Below, piece after piece: positions 16,915 to 26,069 of a stretch of DNA of 27,284 nucleotides (position 1 is its first letter; the number at the start of each line of letters is the position of its first letter). The stretch is taken from NCBI GenBank assembly GCA_038886995.1, contig JAWALG010000012.1, positions 1 through 27,284 on the forward strand, written 5' to 3'. Below the pieces are notes generated by a model, which was given only the letters and a program-made list of their open reading frames with translations, made no database searches and was not told where the DNA came from. Source of the DNA: Candidatus Iainarchaeum sp. (GTDB lineage Archaea > Iainarchaeota > Iainarchaeia > Iainarchaeales > DTGL01). A program made the position numbers and the translations under genes.

Positions 16915-17760
16915 TCAATCAAGCTTGACCAAAGCGCTAACGCTTTGAGCACTAATATGTGCCTTTGCAAGCATTTCAGGTAGTGTTTCCTTAGTTATTA
17001 TCTTCCCTTCCCTGGCAACGTTCAATGCTTCTCTATGTGCTCTTTGTATCAATAGCCCTATGTTTTGTGGCGTGACATAGCATATGCTATAAGCAAGTGC
17101 AAATGCATTGCTATGGCACAGCTTCAAATCATTCAAGAACTTTTCAGTGTCTATGTCCAGTGCTTCCGCATTGTAAAGTGTTTTGCCGTCGCATGCTATT
17201 GAAATCTTAAGCATTATCTCATGCGGCTTTATGTCAAGCTTCATCAATGCATTTACTATTTCCTGTGTTGCTTCTTGCCCTTTTTTTAGAACAACAGTGT
17301 CCTTCAAAATCTTTATTGAAGAGCCCTGCATTGCAACAGGCAGGTTTGCTGCTTTGAGCATTGACAAATCAGGCCCTGGTGGAAGGTTTGTATCGCCCGC
17401 TTGCACCACAATATCGTGATCCGCAATTTCACCTACTTTTAGGTATGTTCTTATCTTGCTTTTCTTAAATAGGGAATAAAGCTCAAAAGGATCTGCATCA
17501 GATGCAATAATTGCTATCTGGCCTCTCAAATGTTCATCCCATGGAAAGCTCCTGAATTTGCTTTCAGCAAGAGCTTTCTTTATGACTCTGACTTTTGAAA
17601 ACCTTATTTGAGCTTTGTCAGCAAGTTTTGCTCTTAGCTCGTGTAGCATCCTTGCTGGCATGTTTTCAGCCCTGGCTATTGCTATTACTTTATGGCTGTC
17701 TATGAGCTCTTTTAGCCCTTTTAGTTGGGCCTCTTTCCACTTTCTTGTATGCTTTCTCAA
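16915..17760 (-). CDS. rpl10: 50S ribosomal protein uL10 (P0)
   Basis: RKWKEAQL, LHELRAKL, DIVVQAGDTNLPPGP and KLDIKP, located between rpl1 and rpl12. TTG start follows AGGTGA. Confidence 0.93.
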   Translation of the reverse strand: MRKHTRKWKEAQLKGLKELIDSHKVIAIARAENMPARMLHELRAKLADKAQIRFSKVRVIKKALAESKFRSFPWDEHLRGQIAIIASDADPFELYSLFKKSKIRTYLKVGEIADHDIVVQAGDTNLPPGPDLSMLKAANLPVAMQGSSIKILKDTVVLKKGQEATQEIVNALMKLDIKPHEIMLKISIACDGKTLYNAEALDIDTEKFLNDLKLCHSNAFALAYSICYVTPQNIGLLIQRAHREALNVAREGKIITKETLPEMLAKAHISAQSVSALVKLD

Positions 17761-17768
17761 AATTTCAC

Positions 17769-18419
17769 CTACATTATTTTTACAGCTGGGCTCATCGTCT
17801 TTTTTATGTAAACCGACTTTATATTGTGCTTTTGCCCAGGCAACGCGCTTAGAACGTCCTTGTAAACCTCAATGGCATTTTCTGCAATGTGCTCTGCTGG
17901 CATTGATTCGTCACCAATGACTACCTGCACTAAAGGTATGCCTTTGCCCTTTTTGTTTGTTACCCTTATTGATGATTCAGCACCAGCAAGTGCGCTTTCC
18001 ACAGCACTTTTTTCAGGGTTAACTGGCTTTGGCATCTTTCCAAGAGGTGCCAATGTTTGACCCAAATGTTTTGCAACAGTTAGCATCACCGGGCCTTCTG
18101 CAAGCAATATGTCATATTGCGCGATTTCTTGAACTTCTTTTTTTGAAAGGCCTTCAATCTGGTTTTCATATATTACGCGCTCAAACATATCCTTTACGCT
18201 TTCTATAAAAGAAGCTGTTTTTGCAAACAAAATTGCCTTAGCTTTCTCTTTACCAGTTGAATGCGGCAATACAACCTTTATGTCAATTAGGTTTTCTTGC
18301 TTTTTTACATCTAAGTTTTTGAAATTTATAATCAGCTCTACCTTTTGTTTGAAATTCCTTTTTTTGCCGCTTGTCTGCTCAAGGGCACTAATGATGTCTT
18401 TTTTTTCCATTTGAACCAT
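17769..18419 (-). CDS. rpl1: 50S ribosomal protein uL1
   Basis: KKRNFKQKVELIINFKNLDVKK, LPHSTGK, LGQTLAPLGKMPKP and VYIKKTMSPAVK. Confidence 0.96.
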   Translation of the reverse strand: MVQMEKKDIISALEQTSGKKRNFKQKVELIINFKNLDVKKQENLIDIKVVLPHSTGKEKAKAILFAKTASFIESVKDMFERVIYENQIEGLSKKEVQEIAQYDILLAEGPVMLTVAKHLGQTLAPLGKMPKPVNPEKSAVESALAGAESSIRVTNKKGKGIPLVQVVIGDESMPAEHIAENAIEVYKDVLSALPGQKHNIKSVYIKKTMSPAVKIM

Positions 18420-18480
18420 TGACCTCCTGCATAAAGCAGTATTAACGGCCTAAAAGCCGATAAAACCATTATCCTGTGAA

Positions 18481-18495
18481 ATATTTATATACCTT
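18481..18495 (-). promoter_or_regulatory. Putative internal promoter for rpl1-rpl10-rpl12
   Basis: On the minus strand, AAGG-TATATAAATA lies in the rpl11-rpl1 gap about 60 nt before the start, and SD GGAGGT is at 18422-18427. Confidence 0.5.
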
Positions 18496-18508
18496 GCGTT
18501 TAAGCTAG

Positions 18509-18997
18509 CTATTTCTTCTTGAGGCTCTCCTCTATTAGGGCATCATATTTTCCTTCTTTTATCTCTTTGGTTATCTGAGCGCCAGTCATGCCTTCAACAT
18601 ATACGCCCATGGCATTGCAGCTTCCAACTACCTGCAGCAACATGCTTTTGAGATATTTAAAATTCATATTCTTTGTTTTTTTCCTTGCTATGTCAATTGC
18701 TTGGCTTATTGTTATTTCACCGCTCTTCTGTGCTTTGGGGTTCGCTGAACCCTTTGCGCCTGTTATTTTCTTTATAAGCTCTGTTGTTGGTGGTGAGCCA
18801 ACCTCAATCTCGAACTTCTTTGTATAAGAGTCAACAATAACCTTAACCGGCACTTGCATTCCTGCAAATTCCTTGGTTTGCTCATTTATTTTTGCAATAA
18901 CCTCGCCTATGTTAACGCCTAATGGTGCTAACGCAGGGCCTAATGGCGGTGCAGCGCTTGCTTTTCCACCTTCAACGAGTGCTTTGACTTCTGGCAT
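18509..18997 (-). CDS. rpl11: 50S ribosomal protein uL11
   Basis: VEGGKASAAPPLGPALAPLGVNI, INEQTKEFAGMQVPVKV and VVGSCNAMGV. ATG 18997 follows GGTGAGG. Confidence 0.97.
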   Translation of the reverse strand: MPEVKALVEGGKASAAPPLGPALAPLGVNIGEVIAKINEQTKEFAGMQVPVKVIVDSYTKKFEIEVGSPPTTELIKKITGAKGSANPKAQKSGEITISQAIDIARKKTKNMNFKYLKSMLLQVVGSCNAMGVYVEGMTGAQITKEIKEGKYDALIEESLKKK

Positions 18998-19005
18998 AAA
19001 AAACC

Positions 19006-19455
19006 TCACCTTTCTAACCTTATGTTTTCGGCTTTTATGGTTACAGGGACTCTAACAGCAGCATTTACTAGCTCTATCGTGACCTCTTCCTTTGCGTTGT
19101 TAACCCTGATTACCCGACCAACTTCTCCTTTGAATGTTCCTGTTACAATCCTTACCTTGGCGCCTTCGGTAATGGCTTCCATAAGCGGATGTGCTTCAAG
19201 AAGTGAGCTAAGCTCTGAGATCTTAACTTCGCCAACAACAAGACCTTTTGTTTTTATGTGTGGCACATCTATTATTGCCCTTTTTATGGCCTCTTCAGTT
19301 TCTCCTTCAACCAGGATATAACCTTTAAAGTCAGGCACCACAAGTATTGCTGTCACGCCAGGGTTTTCTACATCGAGTTTTTTCTTGAGCATGTCTGCTA
19401 CTAAGCTTTCTTGGCCTGCAGTAACCCTTACGGTATAAATCATTTTTTTCACCAT
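19006..19455 (-). CDS. spt5: Transcription elongation factor Spt5 (NusG family)
   Basis: YTVRVTAGQE and KGYILVE (NGN domain), plus KOW motif GAKVRIVTGTFKGEVGRV. Confidence 0.95.
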   Translation of the reverse strand: MVKKMIYTVRVTAGQESLVADMLKKKLDVENPGVTAILVVPDFKGYILVEGETEEAIKRAIIDVPHIKTKGLVVGEVKISELSSLLEAHPLMEAITEGAKVRIVTGTFKGEVGRVIRVNNAKEEVTIELVNAAVRVPVTIKAENIRLER

Positions 19456-19541
19456 TTTTAACTAATTGGAAAGCATATATACTTTTTTAAAAAAGGGTTA
19501 AAATACTTTGCCTTGGCTTTTCCACTTTTTTAGCAGTTGTC

Positions 19542-19724
19542 TTATCTCAAGGCGGTTGGCCCAAAGTATACAAACAAAATTGCTACTATAAAGCCGATAA
19601 GACCAAGAATGATTACTCCAAGTGCAGTGATTTTAAGCATCTGAGTATACTCTTCAAGGTCTGGCTTTTTTGATACAGTTAGAACCCTTTTTGATGATTC
19701 TATAAAGTCACGCAGCCCCAACAC
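19542..19724 (-). CDS. secE: Protein translocase subunit SecE (Sec61 gamma)
   Basis: RVLTVSKKPDLEEY followed by one transmembrane helix (GVIILGLIGFIV), located between ftsZ and spt5. Confidence 0.93.
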   Translation of the reverse strand: MLGLRDFIESSKRVLTVSKKPDLEEYTQMLKITALGVIILGLIGFIVAILFVYFGPTALR

Positions 19725-19725
19725 A

Positions 19726-20853
19726 TCACCCAGTAAACTCTATCCCAAGGTCAATTGCTCCCTTGTCCTTTGTGCCTTTCTCAAAGTCATCCAAGTATGG
19801 AAATCTGCCGCCGGCAATCACAACCATTGCTTGTATCCTGTTCTTTGATAGTTCCTTGTCGACCATGGCACCCCAGATTATATGTGCATTGGAATCAATT
19901 CTTAAACTTACCGTTTCCACAACCATCTCTGCTTCGCGCAAGGTCATGTCACTGCCGCCAACAACGTTCACCAAAGCGCGCTTGGACTGGCTTATATCTA
20001 CATCAAGCAAAGGAGAATTTAAGGCATTTTCAACAGCTTCTAAAGCGCGGGCGTCACTTGCTTCTTCGCTGTGTGATTCCCCAAGCCCAATCATTGCGGC
20101 GCCGCCTTTCTTCAGTATTGTGCGCAAGTCAGCAAAGTCAAGGTTTATCAGCCCTGGCTTTGTCACCATTTCAGTTATGCCTTTTACTGCATTCGTTAAT
20201 ACTTCATCAGCAACCTTGAAAGCAGAATTTAGCGGCAGGTCAGGCGCAATCTCTAGTATTTTATCGTTTGGAATTACTATTATTGTATCAGCATGTTCCC
20301 TGAGCTTTGCAAGGCCTTCCATTGCGTTTTCAGCCCTGCGCTTTCCTTCAACTGTGAATGGCAAGGTTACAACAGCCACTGTTAGAGCGCCGACTTCTTT
20401 TGCAATCTCTGCCACAACAGGGCTTGCTCCTGTGCCAGTGCCACCACCAAGGCCACATGTCACGAAGAGAAGGTCTGTGCCTTTGAGCACCTCTGCAAGC
20501 TCATCAATGCTTTCCCTTGCTGAGGCCTCACCAACTTGTGGCTCTGATCCTGAGCCAAGGCCTCTTGTTGTCTCTTTGCCAATAAGTATGCGCTTGTCTG
20601 CAACAGTGTTTATGAGGTCTTGAGCATCAGTGTTTATTGCATAGGTTTCAGCGCCAACAATGCCAACTTCATGCATCCTTTCAACAGTGTTGCTTCCGCC
20701 ACCACCTATGCCAAACACCTTTATCTTTGCTTTTGAGCTTTCAAGTATCTTTTGAAGCTCTTCTTCCTCAATAAAATCTAGTTTCTTTGGCTTCTTTGGA
20801 GCATCTTCTTCCAATTGAGCCCTCTTAATTGCCTTCCTTATGACCGATTCCAC
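19726..20853 (-). CDS. ftsZ: Cell division protein FtsZ (FtsZ1-type context)
   Basis: GIGGGGSN, INTDAQDL, tubulin signature GLGGGTGTG, PFTVEG and GLINLDFAD. Confidence 0.98.
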   Translation of the reverse strand: MESVIRKAIKRAQLEEDAPKKPKKLDFIEEEELQKILESSKAKIKVFGIGGGGSNTVERMHEVGIVGAETYAINTDAQDLINTVADKRILIGKETTRGLGSGSEPQVGEASARESIDELAEVLKGTDLLFVTCGLGGGTGTGASPVVAEIAKEVGALTVAVVTLPFTVEGKRRAENAMEGLAKLREHADTIIVIPNDKILEIAPDLPLNSAFKVADEVLTNAVKGITEMVTKPGLINLDFADLRTILKKGGAAMIGLGESHSEEASDARALEAVENALNSPLLDVDISQSKRALVNVVGGSDMTLREAEMVVETVSLRIDSNAHIIWGAMVDKELSKNRIQAMVVIAGGRFPYLDDFEKGTKDKGAIDLGIEFTG

Positions 20854-20910
20854 AAAAATCCCCCTTTTAGGTTAAAAAATTATATTAAACGAATTTTTCC
20901 CATGAAACCC

Positions 20911-20924
20911 TTTAAAACCTTTTT
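20911..20924 (-). promoter_or_regulatory. Putative BRE-TATA of ftsZ
   Basis: On the minus strand, AAAAAGG-TTTTAAA lies about 58 nt upstream of the GTG start. Confidence 0.45.
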
Positions 20925-21057
20925 GTTTACTCGTTCCTGCCTTACCTATTTCTCTGTTCCTAAAATAACATTCCCTGAAAAAGATTAAAATACATTTGCA
21001 CATAATTTTGCGCCTATTAGCGATAGTATTTTAAAAATGCCAACCACTTAGTTTTAT

Positions 21058-22020
21058 ATGCGCTCTAAAAACAGAATAGTCTCTGAAACAGTTCGTAAGA
21101 TAAAGGCGCTTGAGATACAGGGCTCAAGCAATGTGCGCAAAGCAGTGCTTCTTGCAATTAGGGAAAGTGTTGTCCAGAGCAAGGCAAAAAGTATTAAACG
21201 CCTCAGGTCAGAGTTAGGCAAGAATATGCTTCTTCTTGCCAGTGCAAGGCCAACTGAGCCAGAAACTAGAAACGCTTTGATAAGCATTTGGCATATAGCT
21301 GAGCAGGATCTTCCTACTGAAAAAATTAAGGAAGAAATTGCCAATGCATGTGAGCGATTTGAAAAGAACCGCAACGAAGCATTAGAAAAAATTTGTGCTT
21401 ATGCTACGGATGAGCTTAAAAAATGTGAAACTATTTTCACTCATTGCCACTCAAGCACTGTGGAAAAAATAATAGTTGCAATGCACCAAAAAGGCACACT
21501 CAAGAAAGTTTTTTGCACTGAGACAAGGCCTTTGTTTCAGGGAAGGATAACTGCAAGAAACCTCGTAAAAGCAGGCATAAGTTGCACAATGGTTGTCGAT
21601 TCTGCTGCTAGGGCCTTTATTGGTGAAGCAGACGCTTTCCTCACAGGATGCGACGCTATTTTTTACAACGGCTCAGTTGTAAACAAGATAGGCACATCAA
21701 TGATTTCCCTTGCAGCAAAGCAAAAAAAGGTGCCACATTATGTTGCCACTGTTTCGCAGTGTTTCGATCCTGCCACATATTATGGCAAGAAGACCGAAAT
21801 TGAGGAGCGCAGTTACAAAGAAGTTTGGCCTGAAAAGCCAAAAGCTTTGCTTATAAGAAATCCAGCATTTGACATAACCGAAGCTAATCTTGTAAAGTCA
21901 ATAATCTGTGAATGTGGGGTCTTTAAGCCTCGTAGTTTTACTTCTTTTATGGTAAATAAGCTAGGGCTTAAGGGCAAAAAGTATAAGTCACTCGAAGAGC
22001 TTATAAGGCCCTATCTATAA
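21058..22020 (+). CDS. Ribose-1,5-bisphosphate isomerase (eIF2B-like family)
   Basis: IKALEIQG, ARPTEP, THCHSSTV (catalytic Cys), ETRPLFQG, GCDAI (catalytic Asp), NKIGT and RNPAFDIT. Confidence 0.85.
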   Translation: MRSKNRIVSETVRKIKALEIQGSSNVRKAVLLAIRESVVQSKAKSIKRLRSELGKNMLLLASARPTEPETRNALISIWHIAEQDLPTEKIKEEIANACERFEKNRNEALEKICAYATDELKKCETIFTHCHSSTVEKIIVAMHQKGTLKKVFCTETRPLFQGRITARNLVKAGISCTMVVDSAARAFIGEADAFLTGCDAIFYNGSVVNKIGTSMISLAAKQKKVPHYVATVSQCFDPATYYGKKTEIEERSYKEVWPEKPKALLIRNPAFDITEANLVKSIICECGVFKPRSFTSFMVNKLGLKGKKYKSLEELIRPYL

Positions 22021-22022
22021 GC

Positions 22023-22610
22023 TTAGATCCCAAAGAGCCCTTTAATGCCTGCACTTATCATTTCAATTGCAACCGCTGTTAAAAAAAGACCGAGGATTCT
22101 TGAAACAATGCCGACTGCTTTTGTATTTATTCTTGGTATCAAGGCAGCAAATATTGTAAAAACACCACCTACTAATATAAATGCAATTACCGTGTTTGGC
22201 AATATTTGCAGAACACCAAGTTCATATGTTTTTATTGTTAGGAACGAAATTGTTGCCGGCCCAGTAAGTAAAGGCGTAGCAATAAGCGAACTTAGTGCTT
22301 CTGCAGTATCAGGGCTCGCCTTAGTATCGTCGCTTCGCCTTGCAGTGCTTATGCCGAGCAGCAAAAGTATTATGCCACCAGCAACCCTGAATGAATCAAC
22401 GCTTACATTGAATATATCAAATAGGAAAGGGCCAACAACTATTATTGTTACTGCCAGTGCAAAAGCTATAATGGTTGCCCTTAGAGCAATATCCTTTACC
22501 TTCATCTTTTTTGAGTAGGCAGCAACCAAAACAGGCAAAGAAGATAGCGGATTTATAAGTACGAAGATCTGCAATATCAATGGTATGCTTATAATTTCAC
22601 TCATAACCAA
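22023..22610 (-). CDS. MarC family integral membrane protein
   Basis: FVLINPLSSLPV, SFRVAGGIILL, ATPLLTGPATI and RILGLFLTAVAIEMI. Confidence 0.9.
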   Translation of the reverse strand: MVMSEIISIPLILQIFVLINPLSSLPVLVAAYSKKMKVKDIALRATIIAFALAVTIIVVGPFLFDIFNVSVDSFRVAGGIILLLLGISTARRSDDTKASPDTAEALSSLIATPLLTGPATISFLTIKTYELGVLQILPNTVIAFILVGGVFTIFAALIPRINTKAVGIVSRILGLFLTAVAIEMISAGIKGLFGI

Positions 22611-22657
22611 AATAATAATATTTTCTTTTTAAATATTGTTGCTCTAAAGTGGTTTCT

Positions 22658-23101
22658 ATGCGATTGTGGAGCATAAGCCCAGCTTACTTGGATACAAAAG
22701 GACTTGTTGCTCTGTGGCGCGAAGGCCTTTTAGCAAGAAAGGTGCTAATGGGAAAAACAAAGGGTTACACCAGGCATCCGCAACTATTCAGGTTTCTCAG
22801 TTATAAGCAGCCTTTGGATGCAATAAACTCTTATCTCACTTACGTTTTTGAGGAGGGTAAAGAACGGGGCTATGATTTCAAGAAGGTAAAAATAAGGCCT
22901 TTGAAGATTCGAGGCATAATTCCTGTTACAAAGGGGCAATTAGAGTATGAGTTCAAGCACCTAAAGAATAAGCTTTGGGTTAGGGATAGAAAGGCATACA
23001 AAAAGTGCCTCATGGTGCAAGAAATAGAACCAAACCCTGTTTTTAAAGTAGTGCTTGGCAGCATTGAACCATGGGAAAAAATTATTGCAGAGAAGCGATA
23101 G
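22658..23101 (+). CDS. Pyrimidine dimer DNA glycosylase / T4 endonuclease V-like protein
   Basis: MRLWSISPAYLDTKGLVALWREGLLA, GYTRHPQL, RGYDF and GQLEYEFKHL. Confidence 0.85.
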   Translation: MRLWSISPAYLDTKGLVALWREGLLARKVLMGKTKGYTRHPQLFRFLSYKQPLDAINSYLTYVFEEGKERGYDFKKVKIRPLKIRGIIPVTKGQLEYEFKHLKNKLWVRDRKAYKKCLMVQEIEPNPVFKVVLGSIEPWEKIIAEKR

Positions 23102-23138
23102 CAAAATAAACCTTTTTTGGCTTAAGTTTAAAGCACAC

Positions 23139-25040
23139 ATGTTAGAGGTTGACTACAAAAAAATAGGCCTTAAAGCAGGTCTTGAGGTACACCAACAACT
23201 AGACACCGGAAAGCTTTTTTGCAGGTGTCCATCTAAGCTTGCATTGGGGAATGCGGACTTTTCGTTCAAGAGGAAATTAAGCTTAAGCGCTTCAGAGTTT
23301 GGCGAGTTTGACCGCGCCGCAATGGAACAAGCGCAAAAGCAAATAACTTATGAGTATCTTTTCTTCAATGATTGCTGCTGTCTTGTTGAATGTGACGAAG
23401 AGCCGCCTTCACGCATAGATGATGAAGCGCTTTCAGTAACTCTGCAGATTGCACTAATGTGCAATGCAAACATATTTGATTCTGCTTGCGTTATGCGCAA
23501 GATTGTGCTTGATGGCTCCAATGTTTGTGGTTATCAGAGAACTTTGCTTATTGCTGCAGATGGGTTTATTGATATTCCCAATAAGCGCGTACCGATTCAA
23601 ACAATTGTGCTTGAGGAGGATGCAGCAAGGCCTGTGCAAAAGGACTCTCAGAAAATAGTTTATTCTCTTGACCGCCTAGGCATTCCACTAATTGAAATTG
23701 CTACCGCGCCAGTTCTTCACTCACCCGAAGAAGTCAAAGAATGTGCTTTGAAAATTGGTGAGCTTATAAGGAGAACCTGCAAAGCCAAGCGCGGCCTTGG
23801 CACAATAAGGCAAGACATAAACATAAGTATAGAAAGTGGCGCAAGGGTTGAACTAAAAGGCGTGCAAGAGCTGGATATGATTGACAAATATGTTGAATTG
23901 GAGGTGCAAAGACAACTTGCACTTTTGCGTATAAAGGACGAGCTAATTAAAAGGAAGATAAGAGCTGAAGATATATCTTCCTCTTTTAAATTGCTAGATT
24001 CTGTTTTTGGCTCTACAGCCTGCAAGATAATCTCAGAGGCGCTGAAAAGTAATAAGCATGTTTTAGGTGCGAGGGTTAAAGGCTTCTGTGGAATTTTTGG
24101 CACTGAGTTGCAGCCAGGAAGGCGTTTTGGTACTGAGATTGCTGATTACCTGAGAGCAAGGCATGCCCTTTCAGGTCTTTTCCATAGCGATGAGTTGCCA
24201 AAGTATGGCATAACTAGCGAAGAAGTTGAATCTGTAAAAGCCGAGCTTGGTGTTTCGGAGCAAGATGCTTTTGTTTTAATTGTGGCTGATGAGAAAAAAG
24301 CAAAAGAAGCATTTTCAACTGTTTTTGAGCGTTGCCTTGTTGCTCTTAGTTCAGTGCCTGAGGAAACTAGGGAAGCTTTGCCAGATGGAAACTCGCGATA
24401 TTTAAGGCCTTTACCAGGAGCAGCACGAATGTATCCTGAAACAGATTTGCCAAAAATAATAATATCTGATAATTACCTGAGGGAACTTCGTAAAAAAATG
24501 CCGCTAAGCTTAGAGGAGCGCCTTGCTCTTTACAAAAAGATTGGCCTTAGCGATAAGCTTGCAGAAGAGATGAAACTCAGCAACTATGCGTGCTTTTTTG
24601 AAGAAGCAATAAGAAAAGGGGTGGATGGAAAAAGATGCGCTGTTATCCTGCTTGAAGAGCTTAAACGCCTTGAGAGGGAGGGATTTGATGTTTGTAATAT
24701 AAAAAGCGAAGATATCCTGGCTGTATTAGAAGCTGAAAAGAGTGGTCTTACCAAGGAGAGCACAATAGATGTGCTTAAGCATAAGGCCAAGGAGCCAACC
24801 AAAGATATCAAAGAAATAATAAGCCAATTTTCTAACAAAAAAGTTTCAGAAGATGAGATCAAAAATGTAATAAGGGAAATTTTAAGGAAAAATAAGGCGT
24901 TGGTTATGGAAAAAAGAGAGCGTTGCCTTAACGCTTTGATGGGTGATGCCATGAAAGAATTAAAAGGGAAGGCAGATTCAGGCACGGTTGCAAATATTTT
25001 GAAGGAGGAACTTACAGAGTTTATTGTTCGTAATGCTTAG
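23139..25040 (+). CDS. gatE: Glu-tRNA(Gln) amidotransferase subunit E
   Basis: DYKKIGLKAGLEVHQQL, DEEPP, MRKIVLDGSN, LEEDAAR, LDRLGIPLIEIAT, RGLGTIRQD, FHSDELPKYGI and RPLPGAARMYPETD. The start is placed at ATG 23139; the ORF track start is 23055. Confidence 0.96.
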   Translation: MLEVDYKKIGLKAGLEVHQQLDTGKLFCRCPSKLALGNADFSFKRKLSLSASEFGEFDRAAMEQAQKQITYEYLFFNDCCCLVECDEEPPSRIDDEALSVTLQIALMCNANIFDSACVMRKIVLDGSNVCGYQRTLLIAADGFIDIPNKRVPIQTIVLEEDAARPVQKDSQKIVYSLDRLGIPLIEIATAPVLHSPEEVKECALKIGELIRRTCKAKRGLGTIRQDINISIESGARVELKGVQELDMIDKYVELEVQRQLALLRIKDELIKRKIRAEDISSSFKLLDSVFGSTACKIISEALKSNKHVLGARVKGFCGIFGTELQPGRRFGTEIADYLRARHALSGLFHSDELPKYGITSEEVESVKAELGVSEQDAFVLIVADEKKAKEAFSTVFERCLVALSSVPEETREALPDGNSRYLRPLPGAARMYPETDLPKIIISDNYLRELRKKMPLSLEERLALYKKIGLSDKLAEEMKLSNYACFFEEAIRKGVDGKRCAVILLEELKRLEREGFDVCNIKSEDILAVLEAEKSGLTKESTIDVLKHKAKEPTKDIKEIISQFSNKKVSEDEIKNVIREILRKNKALVMEKRERCLNALMGDAMKELKGKADSGTVANILKEELTEFIVRNA

Positions 25041-25063
25041 TATGCATAAAGGTTGGTGATTTT

Positions 25064-26065
25064 ATGCAATATAAAAAGCTAATGGTGAGGTATGACAAAA
25101 AAAATATGCTTTTCCACATGCGCTCTTTTCCTGCGCATTGCAGTGAAGCTCTTGGAATAACCAACAAAAAGGCAGACGAATTTCCGAAAGGCACTTATTC
25201 AAACATATTTATACAGGGCATGGGGGGCAGTGGCATAAGTGGTGCCATAGCTAGAGACCTTCTGAGAGGTGTTTGTAAACTTCCTGTTTATGTGAGCAAT
25301 AGCTATGAACTTCCAGAGTTTGTAAACGATAAAACCCTTGCATTTTTTGTAAGTTATTCTGGCAACACTGAAGAAACTCTAGCAGCATTTTCAAAAGCAA
25401 AAGAGCGTGGCGCAAGCATAATTGGCATAAGCTCAGGGGGAAAGCTCCTTAAAGAATGCCCTTTTTGCATTAAAGTACCAGAAGGCAATTTGCCGAGAAA
25501 TATGCTTGGTTATCTCACAATTCCTGTGCTTGCAATGACTGAGCGCCTGGGGCTTTTAAACTCTTCATTAAATCTTGCCACAGCGGTTGATTTCCTAAGC
25601 AATGAATCACATACTGCAGAAAAAATTGGCAAAAAAATAGCCAAGAGCATTTACAACAAGATTCCTGTGCTATATTCTGCTGACTGCTATACTTCATTAG
25701 TTTGGCGTATACACGGCCAGCTTGCAGAGAACTCTGGCATCTTTTCACACTGCAATGTCCTTCCTGAAATGAACCATAACGAGATTGTCGGCTTTAGGTA
25801 TTACGAGAAAAAGTTAGTTTTCCTTTTTTTCAGAGATTATTGCGAAAACGAGAAGATGAAAAAACGCTTTGAGTTCACGAGGAAAATTGTGAGCAAGAAA
25901 AGCCGGGTTTTGGATATTGGCCTTAAAGGCAAAAGTGCTGTAGAAAGGTTATTCTACGGCATAATGGTTGGTGACTTTGCAAGCTACTATCTTGCTTTGC
26001 TCAACAAAAAAGACCCAAGCGAAAACGATAATATAACCAAGCTAAAGAAGATTCTTGCTGGGTGA
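25064..26065 (+). CDS. Bifunctional phosphoglucose/phosphomannose isomerase
   Basis: SIS motifs GMGGSGISG, SYSGNTEETL, SSGGKL and PEMNHNEI. Confidence 0.92.
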   Translation: MQYKKLMVRYDKKNMLFHMRSFPAHCSEALGITNKKADEFPKGTYSNIFIQGMGGSGISGAIARDLLRGVCKLPVYVSNSYELPEFVNDKTLAFFVSYSGNTEETLAAFSKAKERGASIIGISSGGKLLKECPFCIKVPEGNLPRNMLGYLTIPVLAMTERLGLLNSSLNLATAVDFLSNESHTAEKIGKKIAKSIYNKIPVLYSADCYTSLVWRIHGQLAENSGIFSHCNVLPEMNHNEIVGFRYYEKKLVFLFFRDYCENEKMKKRFEFTRKIVSKKSRVLDIGLKGKSAVERLFYGIMVGDFASYYLALLNKKDPSENDNITKLKKILAG

Positions 26066-26069
26066 TTAT

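Noticed and set aside
19763-20623. 286-aa plus-strand ORF, and similar long antisense ORFs over glmM, smc, herA and gatE
   Set aside because: These are antisense shadows of well-supported genes, with no motifs of their own.
16568-20853. ftsZ-secE-spt5-rpl11-rpl1-rpl10-rpl12 linkage as a novelty
   Set aside because: This is a well-known conserved archaeal gene order.
23055-23138. N-terminal extension of GatE overlapping the glycosylase gene
   Set aside because: GatE homology begins at MLEVDYKKIG (ATG 23139), so the extension is an ORF-calling artefact.
23139-25040. gatE without an adjacent gatD
   Set aside because: gatD can be unlinked, so its absence from this window is uninformative.
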